DNA from: Candidatus Kaiserbacteria bacterium
Lineage (GTDB): Bacteria > Patescibacteriota > Minisyncoccia > Phycocordibacterales > Phycocordibacteraceae
Direction of reading: 5' to 3'
NCBI GenBank assembly: GCA_963699165.1
Contig: OY969413.1
Location: 404,562-468,561 of the forward strand
DNA: 64,000 nt
The position numbers were made by a program, and so were the translations under genes. Shown piece by piece: positions 8,908 through 18,778 of the stretch (its first letter is position 1; each line of letters opens with the position of its first letter). Under the pieces are notes generated by a model that saw only the letters and a list, made by a program, of their open reading frames with translations, ran no database searches and was not told the origin of the DNA.

Positions 8908-9312
8908 CTATTGGCACGCGTACATCGGATTCCCGTTTGCGTCGGAGCCGGTTCGCACGCACGAGCCGGTGGCACAGCCGCCGCCGCATCCGGCACCGAC
9001 GCCGGAACTGCTTACGGGACTAAGCGGCAAGGTTACCGACTGTCCCTGCAATCCGAACGTATTCGCGATTACATTCACAAGGCCCCAGAGTGAAATCATA
9101 ACTGCAAAACCGACTATTCCCCACAAAACGAGCCGATGCCCTTCTTCGATTTTTCCGGAATCGCCGCGGGAGAAGATGTATGCCTCCGCGATTCCGTACA
9201 GAAATACCAGGAACGCCGCAGCAAAAATGAGCGGCACTAGTACATAATTAATAATCCAAATAAACTGTTGCGCGATGCAGGCGATACCGACGGACGAGCT
9301 GCAAGTTGGCAT
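8908..9312 (-). CDS. Pilin-like membrane protein 3 with Cys/Gly-rich tail
   Basis: LVPLIFAAAFLVFLYG...EGHRLVLWGIVGFAVMISLWGLVN. Confidence 0.78.
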   Translation of the reverse strand: MPTCSSSVGIACIAQQFIWIINYVLVPLIFAAAFLVFLYGIAEAYIFSRGDSGKIEEGHRLVLWGIVGFAVMISLWGLVNVIANTFGLQGQSVTLPLSPVSSSGVGAGCGGGCATGSCVRTGSDANGNPMYACQ

Positions 9313-9329
9313 GGGCTCAGTATATCAAG

Positions 9330-9587
9330 CTATTGCGCCGGGGCGATGCCGAGTGTGGATAAAAGCATATTAACCAATCCCCATACCGAGAGAAGAACGA
9401 CGAGGCCGAGAATGCCCCATAGCGCGAATTGTCTGCCGCTCGCCCGCGCCTTTTCATCATTTCCATGAAGGAAAAAGTAATCCTGAAGACCCCAGATAAA
9501 TGCGGCAAATGCCAACGCAAAAATGACCGGCACGACGACGGTGCTTAAGACGCTCACGACGCTGGTCACAAATTGGGCGAACGTCAT
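9330..9587 (-). CDS. Pilin-like membrane protein 2
   Basis: VVPVIFALAFAAFIWG...GRQFALWGILGLVVLLSVWGLVN; start MTFAQ. Confidence 0.8.
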   Translation of the reverse strand: MTFAQFVTSVVSVLSTVVVPVIFALAFAAFIWGLQDYFFLHGNDEKARASGRQFALWGILGLVVLLSVWGLVNMLLSTLGIAPAQ

Positions 9588-9588
9588 G

Positions 9589-10170
9589 TTAACTGCCCGT
9601 CGATAGCGCCTGCGCGGTCGCCTGGATGCCAAGGGCTATTCCCTGCGCGCCAAGCAAAATGAGCGCGCCGATGACCGTCCAGAGAAGCGCGTTTCTTGCT
9701 TGAGACAGCTTTGAGTCATTCCCTTGCGCCGTGACAAAGAGAAAACCGACATACACGAGCATCAAAACGACGATTATTGAACCGATTTGCACGACAAAAC
9801 CGAGAATGCTGGTCAATAACGAATTGAGGGTCGTGCCTGTCCCGAGCGGATTGGTGAGGGTGACAGTCGGAGCGGTATATCCTGATCCGCCTGAACCACC
9901 CGTGTTGCCTGATCCGCTTGAACCACCCGTGTTGCCTGATCCGCTTGAACCACCCGTACCGGATTGCCCACCGGAACCCCCCGTTCCTTGCGATGCGCAA
10001 ATCCCATTTGTGCAAACGCCGGATTCGCAATCAGATCCGAGAGTACACGTTGAACCGTCAGGCGAACCGAACCCTCCGCCCGTTTGTGCAAACACAACCG
10101 CGGGTACCGTATTACCGACGATTGCGAGATTCAAAAGAAAAAAAGATAGGACGACTATTTTTAATTTCAT
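9589..10170 (-). CDS. Pilin-like protein 1 with signal peptide, 4-Cys module and Gly/Ser repeats
   Basis: CTLGSDCESGVCTNGIC; 27-bp GGSSGSGNT repeats near 9881-9960; LTNPL...YVGFLFVTAQGN...ARNALLWTVIG. Confidence 0.8.
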   Translation of the reverse strand: MKLKIVVLSFFLLNLAIVGNTVPAVVFAQTGGGFGSPDGSTCTLGSDCESGVCTNGICASQGTGGSGGQSGTGGSSGSGNTGGSSGSGNTGGSGGSGYTAPTVTLTNPLGTGTTLNSLLTSILGFVVQIGSIIVVLMLVYVGFLFVTAQGNDSKLSQARNALLWTVIGALILLGAQGIALGIQATAQALSTGS

Positions 10171-11471
10171 TGTTGCAGAAGAGAGTTCAACGCGCTCTCG
10201 GCGTTTGCGAGCGCGGCTTGTAATGTTAAGCGTCCGCTTATCACATTTCCAATCATACCCGAGAAAACGGTGTCTATGTCGGTCGGCGCTGGGGACAGCC
10301 AGCCCTTCGCGTAAAGCGCCTCTGTGTATGCGACCGCCGCAGTCGGGTCGGAAGGAGCGGTTGAGAGCTGCGACAACGTGGCTGGCGCAAGACCGGTCGC
10401 GCCCGCTGCCGCGCTTTGTTCGGCCGAATTCGTGAATAGCACGGCGGCTTGATATGCGCCGGAAGCGTTTTTCGCGCCGCGCGGAATCATAAAGGCATAC
10501 AATAGGCCATAAGTGCTCTTTCCCGTCGCGGTCGCGGGCTGCGGCAACGGCGAGACCTGGAAATCAAGATTCGGATTTGCGGCGGCAAAGTACTGCGCTT
10601 CGGAGGCATATCCGATATAGAGCGCGAGGTCGCCGTTAAGAAATGCCTGCTGCGAATCGGGCAGCGAAGAATTCCAAGTGTATGAGACCTTTGACGGATC
10701 GGCGAATTGCGTGTAAAAACCGACGACCGCCTGCCCGGGTGAATTTGCATCGTTTGACGAAATGCCGAGGTCCGCGGAAAGCGCGCCGCCGGAAGAGTAT
10801 GCGGTTACCGGAACGCTCGTCTGCAAAAAGAGCGCCGACAGTATTCCGCGCGCGTCATGCACGTTGTCATAGGTGCCAAGAGCGATAAGCCCGCGCGTAA
10901 TCTGGTGCGACGACGTTAACACCGCAATGGAAGGCACGAGTCCGGTCAGCGATTCCCATGTCGAAGGCGGCGTTGCGATGCCGTTGCTCGAAAGCACGGA
11001 ACGGTTCGAAAAGAGCTCAAGCGGATCGACGAGAAACGGAACGCCGTAATAGCCGGCGCCTCCCGGCACTGCGAACAGATTTCCTTCTTCGATAAACGTG
11101 TTCGTAAAGGCCCGCGCGGGAAGCGTCGCCGTCGGTATCGGCGAAATAAATTTCTCGAGCGGACGCAGCTCCTCCTGCGAGGCGAGTACGAGGTCGGGAG
11201 CATCGCCGGTCGCAATGGCCGCGGCAAGGTCGGCTTGAAGCGTGGCGGGATTTTTCTGCACATAGCTCACGGTTTTTAGGCCTGCTTCGGTCTGCCCGAT
11301 GGTAACGAGAGCGCGCTGAATATCCGTGCTCGGCAGAGTTCCCCATATGAGAACGCTGCCTACGGTGGACGTTCCGGATGTGCTTTTATGCGTTGCGAAC
11401 ACAAAAAGGCCGATGAGCGCGGCAACGCCGAACACGCTGAACAACATTATCTGGAAAATGGAAAGTTTCAT
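10167..11471 (-). CDS. Extracellular solute-binding protein (sugar ABC-type family 1), membrane anchored
   Basis: N-terminal TM, IWG, APDLV, YGVPFLVDPLELFSN, PPSTWESL, AFLNGDLALYIG. Confidence 0.8.
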   Translation of the reverse strand: MKLSIFQIMLFSVFGVAALIGLFVFATHKSTSGTSTVGSVLIWGTLPSTDIQRALVTIGQTEAGLKTVSYVQKNPATLQADLAAAIATGDAPDLVLASQEELRPLEKFISPIPTATLPARAFTNTFIEEGNLFAVPGGAGYYGVPFLVDPLELFSNRSVLSSNGIATPPSTWESLTGLVPSIAVLTSSHQITRGLIALGTYDNVHDARGILSALFLQTSVPVTAYSSGGALSADLGISSNDANSPGQAVVGFYTQFADPSKVSYTWNSSLPDSQQAFLNGDLALYIGYASEAQYFAAANPNLDFQVSPLPQPATATGKSTYGLLYAFMIPRGAKNASGAYQAAVLFTNSAEQSAAAGATGLAPATLSQLSTAPSDPTAAVAYTEALYAKGWLSPAPTDIDTVFSGMIGNVISGRLTLQAALANAESALNSLLQQ

Positions 11472-12004
11472 GGCGAAGTGAAAATGAGGCCGTAATGGTG
11501 CGGACCGGCTCGAAAGGAGCGAACTTTATGGAAACCGCCGTTGATGAAAAACTCCTCCGCTTCGTGCTCGGGAACAACGCGTTTTTGTTCGGGACCCATG
11601 CCTTTGTAACTTCCCGCCCAGTCGACAACCATGAGTTTCCCGCCCGGTTTCAAGACGCGCTTGATTTCGGCGAGCGTGCCGAAACGATTCTCGACCTGGA
11701 AAAGCGTGTTGGCGAGAATGACCGCATCGAGAGACGCATCGCGCAAATGCGTACCGCCCGCCTTCTCGATATCCCCCCAGCGCACGTCGATGATGCGTTG
11801 ATGATGCTCCTGCGTGCCGAGCTTTTGATGTTTTAGTATATCCTCCTGTATGTCGATGGCATACACTTTTCCGCTGGGTCCGACGATGCCGGCCGCCGCG
11901 CGCGCATAATGGCCCGTACCGGCGCCGAAATCGCCGACTTTCATGCCTTCGCGCAAACCGAGTTGCAGGACGTTTTCCTGCGGATTACTAAAGGATGCGG
12001 ACAT
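11468..12004 (-). CDS. Class I SAM-dependent methyltransferase
   Basis: VGDFGAGTG, VYAIDIQ, RVLKPGGKLMVVDW. Confidence 0.9.
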   Translation of the reverse strand: MSASFSNPQENVLQLGLREGMKVGDFGAGTGHYARAAAGIVGPSGKVYAIDIQEDILKHQKLGTQEHHQRIIDVRWGDIEKAGGTHLRDASLDAVILANTLFQVENRFGTLAEIKRVLKPGGKLMVVDWAGSYKGMGPEQKRVVPEHEAEEFFINGGFHKVRSFRAGPHHYGLIFTSP

Positions 12005-12077
12005 GCGTATAAAATAGCATGTGCGGCCCGCTGCGGGCCGCACAATCAACACCGACACGGCTAACGTGAGTTGGCGC

Positions 12078-12302
12078 TTAAGCTGACGGAATCCACCAGA
12101 GCGACGACCGACTGACTCGCTTCCCGCGAACATGCCCTCTTAAAGAAAGCGCGAACAGTAACCAATACACCTCATTGCTGTTCCGACCCAACTGCTTGGC
12201 TATTTCCCGGGTCGTAGCGAAGCCGTCTAGATCCGTCAGCGCATCCATGACATCCTTTTTGCAAGAAATACTCTTTATGATTCTTGTTATGATTCTTGGC
12301 AC
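12078..12302 (-). CDS. Small winged-helix-like protein
   Basis: ATTREIAKQLGRNSNEVYWLLFALSLRGHVRG...WW; GAGGAGG upstream. Confidence 0.5.
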   Translation of the reverse strand: MPRIITRIIKSISCKKDVMDALTDLDGFATTREIAKQLGRNSNEVYWLLFALSLRGHVRGKRVSRSSLWWIPSA

Positions 12303-12405
12303 GTCTGTGTCCCCTCCTCGCGATGACCGTTTGTCCGCGACCCCTCAATCAAAAAGACGCGGCATTTCGAATCGAGCCGGTCTACGCCAATCCAATTGGA
12401 ATTTA

Positions 12406-14892
12406 TCACAACGCCACCATCGACGCAATCGAATCGCCCTCGCGCATTTTCATAATGCGCACGCCCTGCGTCACGCGGGACAGCGAAGGGATTTCCGCGA
12501 CCGAAGTGCGAATGACCTGCCCTTTTTTCGAGACGACCACGAGTTCCTCCTCTTTAAGATCGCCCACGACGACCTTTGCTCCGATGATTTCTCCCGTTTT
12601 CGGCGTCACTGCGGCGGTCTTCATGCCGGAGCCGCCGCGCCCTTGAATCTTGTACTCGGACAATTCTGTGCGTTTGCCGTACCCCTTGCTCATGATGATG
12701 AGGAGCGAAGCGTCTTTCGCGTGAATCGCCGGAATCACTTCCGCCGAAACGACGCCGTCGCCTTTCTTGACGCTGATGCCGCGCACGCCGCCTGCGGTGC
12801 GGCCCATCTCGCGAACATCTTCCGCCTCAAAACGAATCGACTGGCCCTTCGAGGTGACGATGGAAACCGTATCGCCTTCCGCGGCAAGATTTGCCGAAAC
12901 GAGGCGGTCTCCCTTTTTCAGATTGATGGCTATGATGCCGGAACGGCGGACATCGGCAAATGCTTTTGCAGCCACGCGCTTCGTCGCACCTTCCTGGGTC
13001 ACAAAGACGATTGAGGAGGCATCGAGCGCCGCGCCCTTCGGCACCGCCAAAATCGATGTGACTTTCTCTTCGCCTGCAAGCGAGAGGAAATTCATGATGC
13101 TCTTGCCCTTGGTTGCACGCCGTCCTTCAGGAATCTCGTACATTTTGAGCTGGTACGCTTTGCCGAAATCGGTAAAGAACAGCAGGTCGCTGTGCGCGCT
13201 CGTCACAAGGAAATGCGTGACGATATCTTCTTCTTTCGTCGCGATATCGACCACTCCCACCCCGCCGCGCTTTTGCACTTTGTATTCGTTTGGGTTGGTG
13301 CGCTTCACGTAGCCGCCCTGCGTGAGAAGCAGCATCGACTCCTCGTCCGGCACAAGGTCTTCGACGGAAATGTTTTGCACGCCGCCGCGGACGATTTTCG
13401 TGCGGCGGTCGTCGCCGTATTTCTCTGCGTATTCCTCAAGCTCTTTCTTTACGACCGCCAAAATCTTTTTCGCGGATGAAAGAATGTCCTTCAATTTTTT
13501 GATGAGCGCCTGTACTTCGGTGAGTTCATCTTCGAGCTTTTTGCGCTCAAGACCGGCGAGTTTGGAGAGGCGCATCTCGAGAATGGCCGAGGCCTGCAAT
13601 TCCGAAAAGCCGAATTTCTTCTGGAGCGCCAAACTGGCGGACGGAATGTCTGCGGCTTTTTTGATAATCGCGATAACTTCGTCGATGTGATCGAGCGCTT
13701 TGCAAAGCCCGAGCAAAATGTGTTCGCGCGCTTCCGCCTGCCGCAAATCGTATTCGGTACGTCGCTTCACGACTTCCTGACGGTGCTTGATGAAATGCTG
13801 CAGCATTCCCTGAAGCGAGAGCATTTCCGGCACGCCGTCGACGAGCGCGAGCATGTTGTAATGGAACGAACTTTCGAGCTCGGTGTGCTTGTAGAGCGCG
13901 TTCAAAACGGCCTGCGGGTGCGCCGTGCCTTTGAGTTCGACGACGATGCGAATGTCCGGACGGCCGTTTGCGTCGCCCGCCGACTCGTCGCGCAAATCGC
14001 GGATGCCTTCGAGTTTCTTTTCCTGCACCAGTTCGGCCATGCGAATGATGAGGTCGCTCTTATTTACGCGGTACGGAATCGACGTGATAATGATCCGCGA
14101 ATCCTTCTTCCCGTCGTCTACGATTTCCGCCTCGCCGCGCACGACGACCGGACCCTTGCCGGAACTGTATGCATGCGCAATGTCGCTTCTATTAAATGCA
14201 ATGCCGCCCATCGGAAAATCGGGGCCTTTCACAAACTCGAGCAAGTCCGCCGTCGTCGCGTTTGGATTTTCAATAAGATGCACGGTTGCGGCCACGATTT
14301 CTCGGAGATTGTGCGGCGGCACGTTGGTCGCCATGCCGACTGCGATGCCGAGCGTCCCGTTCAACAAAAGGTTCGGAAGCGCGGAAGGAAGCACGTTCGG
14401 CTCTTCGCGCGTTCCGTCGTAGTTTGGATTCCATGCGACCGTCTCCTTTTCGAGGTCGGCAAGCAGTGCCTCGGCGATGCGCGACAATTTCGCTTCGGTA
14501 TAACGATAGGCGGCCGGCGAGTCGCCGTCGATGGAACCGAAGTTTCCCTGTCCAAGCACGAGCGGATAGCGGGTGGAAAATTCCTGCGCCATTTTTGTCA
14601 TCGAATCGTACACGGCCGTGTCGCCATGCGGATGGTACTTGCCGAGCACATCGCCGACCACCGTTGCGCTTTTGCGGAATTTTCCGCCGGGCACCAGCCC
14701 CGCCTCTTTCATGGTGTACAAAATGCGTCGATGCACCGGCTTCAGACCGTCGCGGACATCCGGCAACGCCCGGCCCGTAATAACGGTCATTGCGTAGTCG
14801 ATGTACGACTGCCGCATCTCCGAGACAATCGGCTGGTCGATAATATTCGCGGCTACCGGCGGCACGTCGTGCTTTTTGTCTTTCGAAGGCAT
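12406..14892 (-). CDS. gyrA: DNA gyrase subunit A
   Basis: [29 protein letters not shown], GyrA-box QKRGGVG, C-terminal pinwheel repeats. Confidence 0.98.
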   Translation of the reverse strand: MPSKDKKHDVPPVAANIIDQPIVSEMRQSYIDYAMTVITGRALPDVRDGLKPVHRRILYTMKEAGLVPGGKFRKSATVVGDVLGKYHPHGDTAVYDSMTKMAQEFSTRYPLVLGQGNFGSIDGDSPAAYRYTEAKLSRIAEALLADLEKETVAWNPNYDGTREEPNVLPSALPNLLLNGTLGIAVGMATNVPPHNLREIVAATVHLIENPNATTADLLEFVKGPDFPMGGIAFNRSDIAHAYSSGKGPVVVRGEAEIVDDGKKDSRIIITSIPYRVNKSDLIIRMAELVQEKKLEGIRDLRDESAGDANGRPDIRIVVELKGTAHPQAVLNALYKHTELESSFHYNMLALVDGVPEMLSLQGMLQHFIKHRQEVVKRRTEYDLRQAEAREHILLGLCKALDHIDEVIAIIKKAADIPSASLALQKKFGFSELQASAILEMRLSKLAGLERKKLEDELTEVQALIKKLKDILSSAKKILAVVKKELEEYAEKYGDDRRTKIVRGGVQNISVEDLVPDEESMLLLTQGGYVKRTNPNEYKVQKRGGVGVVDIATKEEDIVTHFLVTSAHSDLLFFTDFGKAYQLKMYEIPEGRRATKGKSIMNFLSLAGEEKVTSILAVPKGAALDASSIVFVTQEGATKRVAAKAFADVRRSGIIAINLKKGDRLVSANLAAEGDTVSIVTSKGQSIRFEAEDVREMGRTAGGVRGISVKKGDGVVSAEVIPAIHAKDASLLIIMSKGYGKRTELSEYKIQGRGGSGMKTAAVTPKTGEIIGAKVVVGDLKEEELVVVSKKGQVIRTSVAEIPSLSRVTQGVRIMKMREGDSIASMVAL

Positions 14893-15030
14893 GGTGGTTA
14901 GTTTTTGTTAGCGAGCCCCTGCGAGCTTAGAAAAACTTCCACTCTGTTAAATCCCGCAAAGCGGGACATTTGCGTATCAAATTCATTTAACGGGGTTTTG
15001 GATTTCATAATCGCTTCGCTCATTGAAATC

Positions 15031-15378
15031 CTAAAACGGTATCGTCGTTTGTTCCTGCTGCGTTTTGGTCGAAGACGAGGATGTGTCAACGATTTGAATC
15101 TGCGCCGGCGCGCTTGCGCTCGGAACCACCGCTGCCGCGCCCGCGAGGTTGGAAGAATCGGTCTCGGAACTCGTTGTCACGACTGCCGAACCCTCCTGTC
15201 CGGTGCTTTCCGCAAAATTGCTGCTCTTGATTGCAAAACCTCCGAGCGCGAGATTCGTGCCGGCCCAGACAAGCGCAATCAGCGCCGTGACGACGGTCGC
15301 GGTGCCGAACGCCACACCTTTGCGAACGTGATGCGGCTGCTCTCGTATCGTCTCAATATGTTGCGAAATGGTTTTCAT
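15031..15378 (-). CDS. Hypothetical single-TM protein
   Basis: 115-aa ORF following MBL gene, REQPHHVRK then TM helix. Confidence 0.7.
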   Translation of the reverse strand: MKTISQHIETIREQPHHVRKGVAFGTATVVTALIALVWAGTNLALGGFAIKSSNFAESTGQEGSAVVTTSSETDSSNLAGAAAVVPSASAPAQIQIVDTSSSSTKTQQEQTTIPF

Positions 15379-15383
15379 AGCAA

Positions 15384-16025
15384 TTAGGGTGTTATGACCA
15401 GTATACTCCCATCACGGCCAATCAAGTCCTTTTTCTTCAGCGTGAATTTATCGACTTTTTCGCTCCCGTTTCCGGCGCTTTTCAAAAACGCTTCGAGCGA
15501 TTTCGGCTCGCCGACGCCGCTCCAGTGCATCGGCACGATGATTTTCGGTTCGAGCGACACCGCGAGCTTGTGAGCATCTTCGGGAGATAGCACGCCATCG
15601 CCTCCAACCGGCACGAAGAGCACGTCGATTTCCCCGAGTCCCTCACGAGCTTCTTTTGAAAGTTCTTTGTCGGACAGCGCGCCCAAATGCACGAGCGTCA
15701 TGTCTTCAAGCACGACCGAGTAGACCGTATTCACGGCATCCGTTTTGCCCTTTGGAAGTCCGTATTCGCTTTTCGAAAGAAATCCCTGCACGACCACGCC
15801 CTGCCGCTCGTATTCGCCGGGGCCGGTAATCGCAAACGGAACCTTGTCGCCGAATGTAACTTCCGCGACACCGTTCATGTCGGGATGGTCGCGCGAAACG
15901 AGTGCAATGTCGGCTCCAAAACGAACCGACGGCAAGGTCGCGCCTTTTGCGATTGGGTCGAAAACGAGCGTCAAGTCGCCGAATGTCACTTTGAAACACT
16001 GTCCGCCGTGATGCGTAATAACCAT
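15384..16025 (-). CDS. Metallo-beta-lactamase-fold protein (Lactamase_B_3-like)
   Basis: ITHHGGQCFK, GPGEYE, IDVLFVPVGG, PKIIVPMHW. Confidence 0.85.
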   Translation of the reverse strand: MVITHHGGQCFKVTFGDLTLVFDPIAKGATLPSVRFGADIALVSRDHPDMNGVAEVTFGDKVPFAITGPGEYERQGVVVQGFLSKSEYGLPKGKTDAVNTVYSVVLEDMTLVHLGALSDKELSKEAREGLGEIDVLFVPVGGDGVLSPEDAHKLAVSLEPKIIVPMHWSGVGEPKSLEAFLKSAGNGSEKVDKFTLKKKDLIGRDGSILVITP

Positions 16026-16229
16026 ATTGTGCATTCATTTTAGCACAAAAGTCGGGCAAGCGATAGCGAATGCGAGGCGCGTTTTTTGGGGCTAAGCTAC
16101 GAAGCTTGACATTAGTTCTGTATATGCTAATGTTTACAGCGGAACGATGTTCCACCTCATTTGATGAGGCACTTTGCGGAATGACGCGATGCGTTCATTC
16201 CCGTTCTTGGTGATGCCAGGAGAAGTTAC

Positions 16230-16847
16230 ATGTCGAAAATCAGCGCTGGAAATGGTTGCGCCAGCTTCGATCTCCGTGCATATAATAAAATCGAATTCCT
16301 AGGTGCTACGGGTGAAGGAACCTTTCCGCCGACTGCTGTAGGATATGACCGGTTCTGTTTCACTGCACCCGAGGGAGCCGGTGGTACTATCTTTTTCAGA
16401 TTGAATTATACCGAGGAGAGAAAAGGGAGCCAATACGTCGTGTACCGTGTGTACGCGTATCGGTGGCAGTCCGGAAAGCTTCTCGTCGAGTATGATGCGG
16501 TCGACTCCGTGCGTCCTTTTTCCATCTCCAAAGAGCTCGGCATCGTGGTCGGACCCTTCAATGGACGGTACTACTCAACGGAGGCGTCCGAGACGGGCAA
16601 CCACTACTCCCAGAAGGTGGACTGCGTCACGATGATTGCGTTCCTCGGAGGTAAGATCGGTCCAACGGAATTGGAAAATGCTGCGAGGCACGTAGACCTA
16701 GTTCGAAACGTGGACGCGGGTGAACGGGTACGTATCTTGCTCCGCTTGAAAAACCAACGTGCGGAGATCTTCGCGAACCCGCTCGCCGCGCTCTTTTGCG
16801 GGCGCGCGCTTCGGGAACTCTCAGGTTTGATTGCCGAGTTCGAATAG
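16230..16847 (+). CDS. Hypothetical protein
   Basis: 205-aa ORF with AGGAG SD; TTGACA at 16106 upstream. Confidence 0.65.
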   Translation: MSKISAGNGCASFDLRAYNKIEFLGATGEGTFPPTAVGYDRFCFTAPEGAGGTIFFRLNYTEERKGSQYVVYRVYAYRWQSGKLLVEYDAVDSVRPFSISKELGIVVGPFNGRYYSTEASETGNHYSQKVDCVTMIAFLGGKIGPTELENAARHVDLVRNVDAGERVRILLRLKNQRAEIFANPLAALFCGRALRELSGLIAEFE

Positions 16848-17025
16848 CAACGAGTCGGCGCAAAATCGAACGGGGGCGGGTACACCAACGGTGTACCCGC
16901 CCATTCCCTTTTTATACCCAATCTGCTATAATGCCTCCCGTTGCGTGCGAAGAAGTAGAGAGGCGTTAACCCTGTTTCGCGAAAGCGGCCAGCACCCTTT
17001 TCGAAAATCCGCACCGCTTATATAT

Positions 17026-18153
17026 ATGTCTGACGAAAAGTCAGCCGCTCCGGCGAAAGCCGTAGTAGCAAACGTTCACTTGCCCGAAGGCCATCCGATG
17101 GCCGCGCTTTTTGATTCCATCCCGACACCGCCTTCGACCGGCGACATTGTGGAGGGTTCGATTATCGCGATTGTCCGCGGCCGCGTGTACATCGACCTCT
17201 CGCCGTTTGGCACCGGTCTTATTTACGGCCGTGAGTACCTCAACGCGGCCGACGTGCTTCGCAAGGCGAATCCGGGCGACATCATCAGCGCCAAAGTCGT
17301 CGACCCGGCCGGTCGCGAGGGCTACATCGAACTTTCTCTTCGCGAGGCGCGCCAGGCCGCTATTTGGGGCGAGGCCGAGCAGGCAATTCTTTCAGAGACG
17401 CCGTACTCGCTCGTCGTCGAGGAAGCAAACAAGGGCGGACTCATTCTCTCGTGGCAAGGCATCGCAGGATTCCTTCCCGCGTCGCAACTTTCAAAGGACC
17501 ACTACCCGCGCGTTCCGGAAGGCGACAAGGAGAAAATTCTCGGCGAACTTATGCAGCTTGTCGGACATCCGCTTTCGGTGCGCATCATCACGGCGGACGC
17601 GAAGGAAGGCAAACTTATTTTCTCGGAGCGCACCGGCAACGAGGCCGAAGAGAAAGCATCTCTCATCGATAAGTATCAAGTCGGCGACAGCGCAGAGGGC
17701 GAGGTGACGGGCATCGTCGACTTTGGCGTCTTCGTGAAGCTGGAGCCGGGACTCGAAGGACTTGTGCACATCAGCGAACTCGATTGGGGTCTCGTTGAGG
17801 ACCCGCATGCGCTCTTCAAAGTCGGCGACAAGGTGCGCGTGAAGGTTATTGAAATCAAAGACGGAAAGATTTCGCTTTCCATCAAGGCGCTCAAGGAAAA
17901 TCCGTGGCACACCGCCGCAGACCGCTACACGAAAGGCCAGGAGGTCATGGGCGTTGTCATCAAGTACAACAAGCACGGCGCGCTCGCCTCAATCGAGGAA
18001 GGCGTTGCGGGGCTTGTGCATGTAAGCGAATTCGCCACTCCGGCAGAACTGCGCGAGACGCTTGAGCTCGGCAAGAAGTATCCGTTTACGATTTCCCTCT
18101 TTGAACCGAAGGAACAGCGGATGACGCTGACGTACGCGGGAAAGAAGAAGTAG
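17026..18153 (+). CDS. rpsA: 30S ribosomal protein S1 (four S1 domains)
   Basis: ANKGGL...GFLPASQL, DFGVFVKL..GLEGLVHISELDW, ISLSIKALKENPW. Confidence 0.92.
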   Translation: MSDEKSAAPAKAVVANVHLPEGHPMAALFDSIPTPPSTGDIVEGSIIAIVRGRVYIDLSPFGTGLIYGREYLNAADVLRKANPGDIISAKVVDPAGREGYIELSLREARQAAIWGEAEQAILSETPYSLVVEEANKGGLILSWQGIAGFLPASQLSKDHYPRVPEGDKEKILGELMQLVGHPLSVRIITADAKEGKLIFSERTGNEAEEKASLIDKYQVGDSAEGEVTGIVDFGVFVKLEPGLEGLVHISELDWGLVEDPHALFKVGDKVRVKVIEIKDGKISLSIKALKENPWHTAADRYTKGQEVMGVVIKYNKHGALASIEEGVAGLVHVSEFATPAELRETLELGKKYPFTISLFEPKEQRMTLTYAGKKK

Positions 18154-18161
18154 GGCTTCGG

Positions 18162-18437
18162 CGAGCGTAATTTCGGAGTACGCATCGGCCTCCCCAGCGG
18201 GAGGCCGTGCTCGCTCTCGGCATCGCGAATCTTGGCGCAAACCCCTGCGGCGCCAAGATTACCCTGCCGCTCCGCCTCCGAGATCCTCCGAAATTACGCT
18301 CGACCTCCGCAGAGAAAAAAGACGCGGAAATGCGCCGGCTCCGAGGTCTCCGAAACAGGACTCTCGCTCCGCAGGGGTGGAATAAAAGATGTGTAGAAAG
18401 CTCCGCCTCCGAGATCCTCCGAAATTACGCTCGACCT
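18162..18437. repeat. 38-bp direct repeat pair (18269-18306, 18400-18437) plus 17-bp inverted copy (18162-18178)
   Basis: GCTCCGCCTCCGAGATCCTCCGAAATTACGCTCGACCT twice; CGAGCGTAATTTCGGAG inverted. Confidence 0.9.
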
Positions 18438-18499
18438 TCGCGAGGAAGAATGAAAAACAACATACGCGGCGCCGAAGGCGCCGCGTATGTTGTTATGAA

Positions 18500-18710
18500 A
18501 TGAAAAGAGCCCCTGCCTTGTTTTTCGGCGGGGCTCGTAGCAGACTTTTACCGACCGTCTGCAGGTCTAAGTTAAGCGCATGAAGATTCTCCTTTCTTGT
18601 TCATGCGATCGTACCATTTTTGAGCTCGTCCTATTTGAACGAACTCAGCAGAATTTACCGGCCCTCTGCAAGGCCTTCATTCGCCGCATGGATGAACCTC
18701 CTTGCGTGCT
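18500..18710 (-). ncRNA. Candidate small RNA or minigene transcript with two similar units
   Basis: Minus-strand TTGACA(18744-18739)-17-TAGCAT promoter, terminator GAGCCCCGCC...GGCAGGGGCTC-TTTT near 18536-18503, no long ORF. Confidence 0.45.
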
Positions 18711-18778
18711 CGTATATGCTAGCATGAACTCGTATTTCTGTCAAGCAAAAAACCCACTTGCGGATACCCTGCCGGCGC

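Noticed and set aside
7858-10170. Integron cassette array or conjugative T4SS
   Set aside because: No attC-like sites, integrase, VirB4/VirD4 or relaxase; genes are tightly packed paralogues
18269-18437. Possible CRISPR array (38-bp repeats)
   Set aside because: Only two direct copies, a 93-bp spacer, and no cas genes in the window
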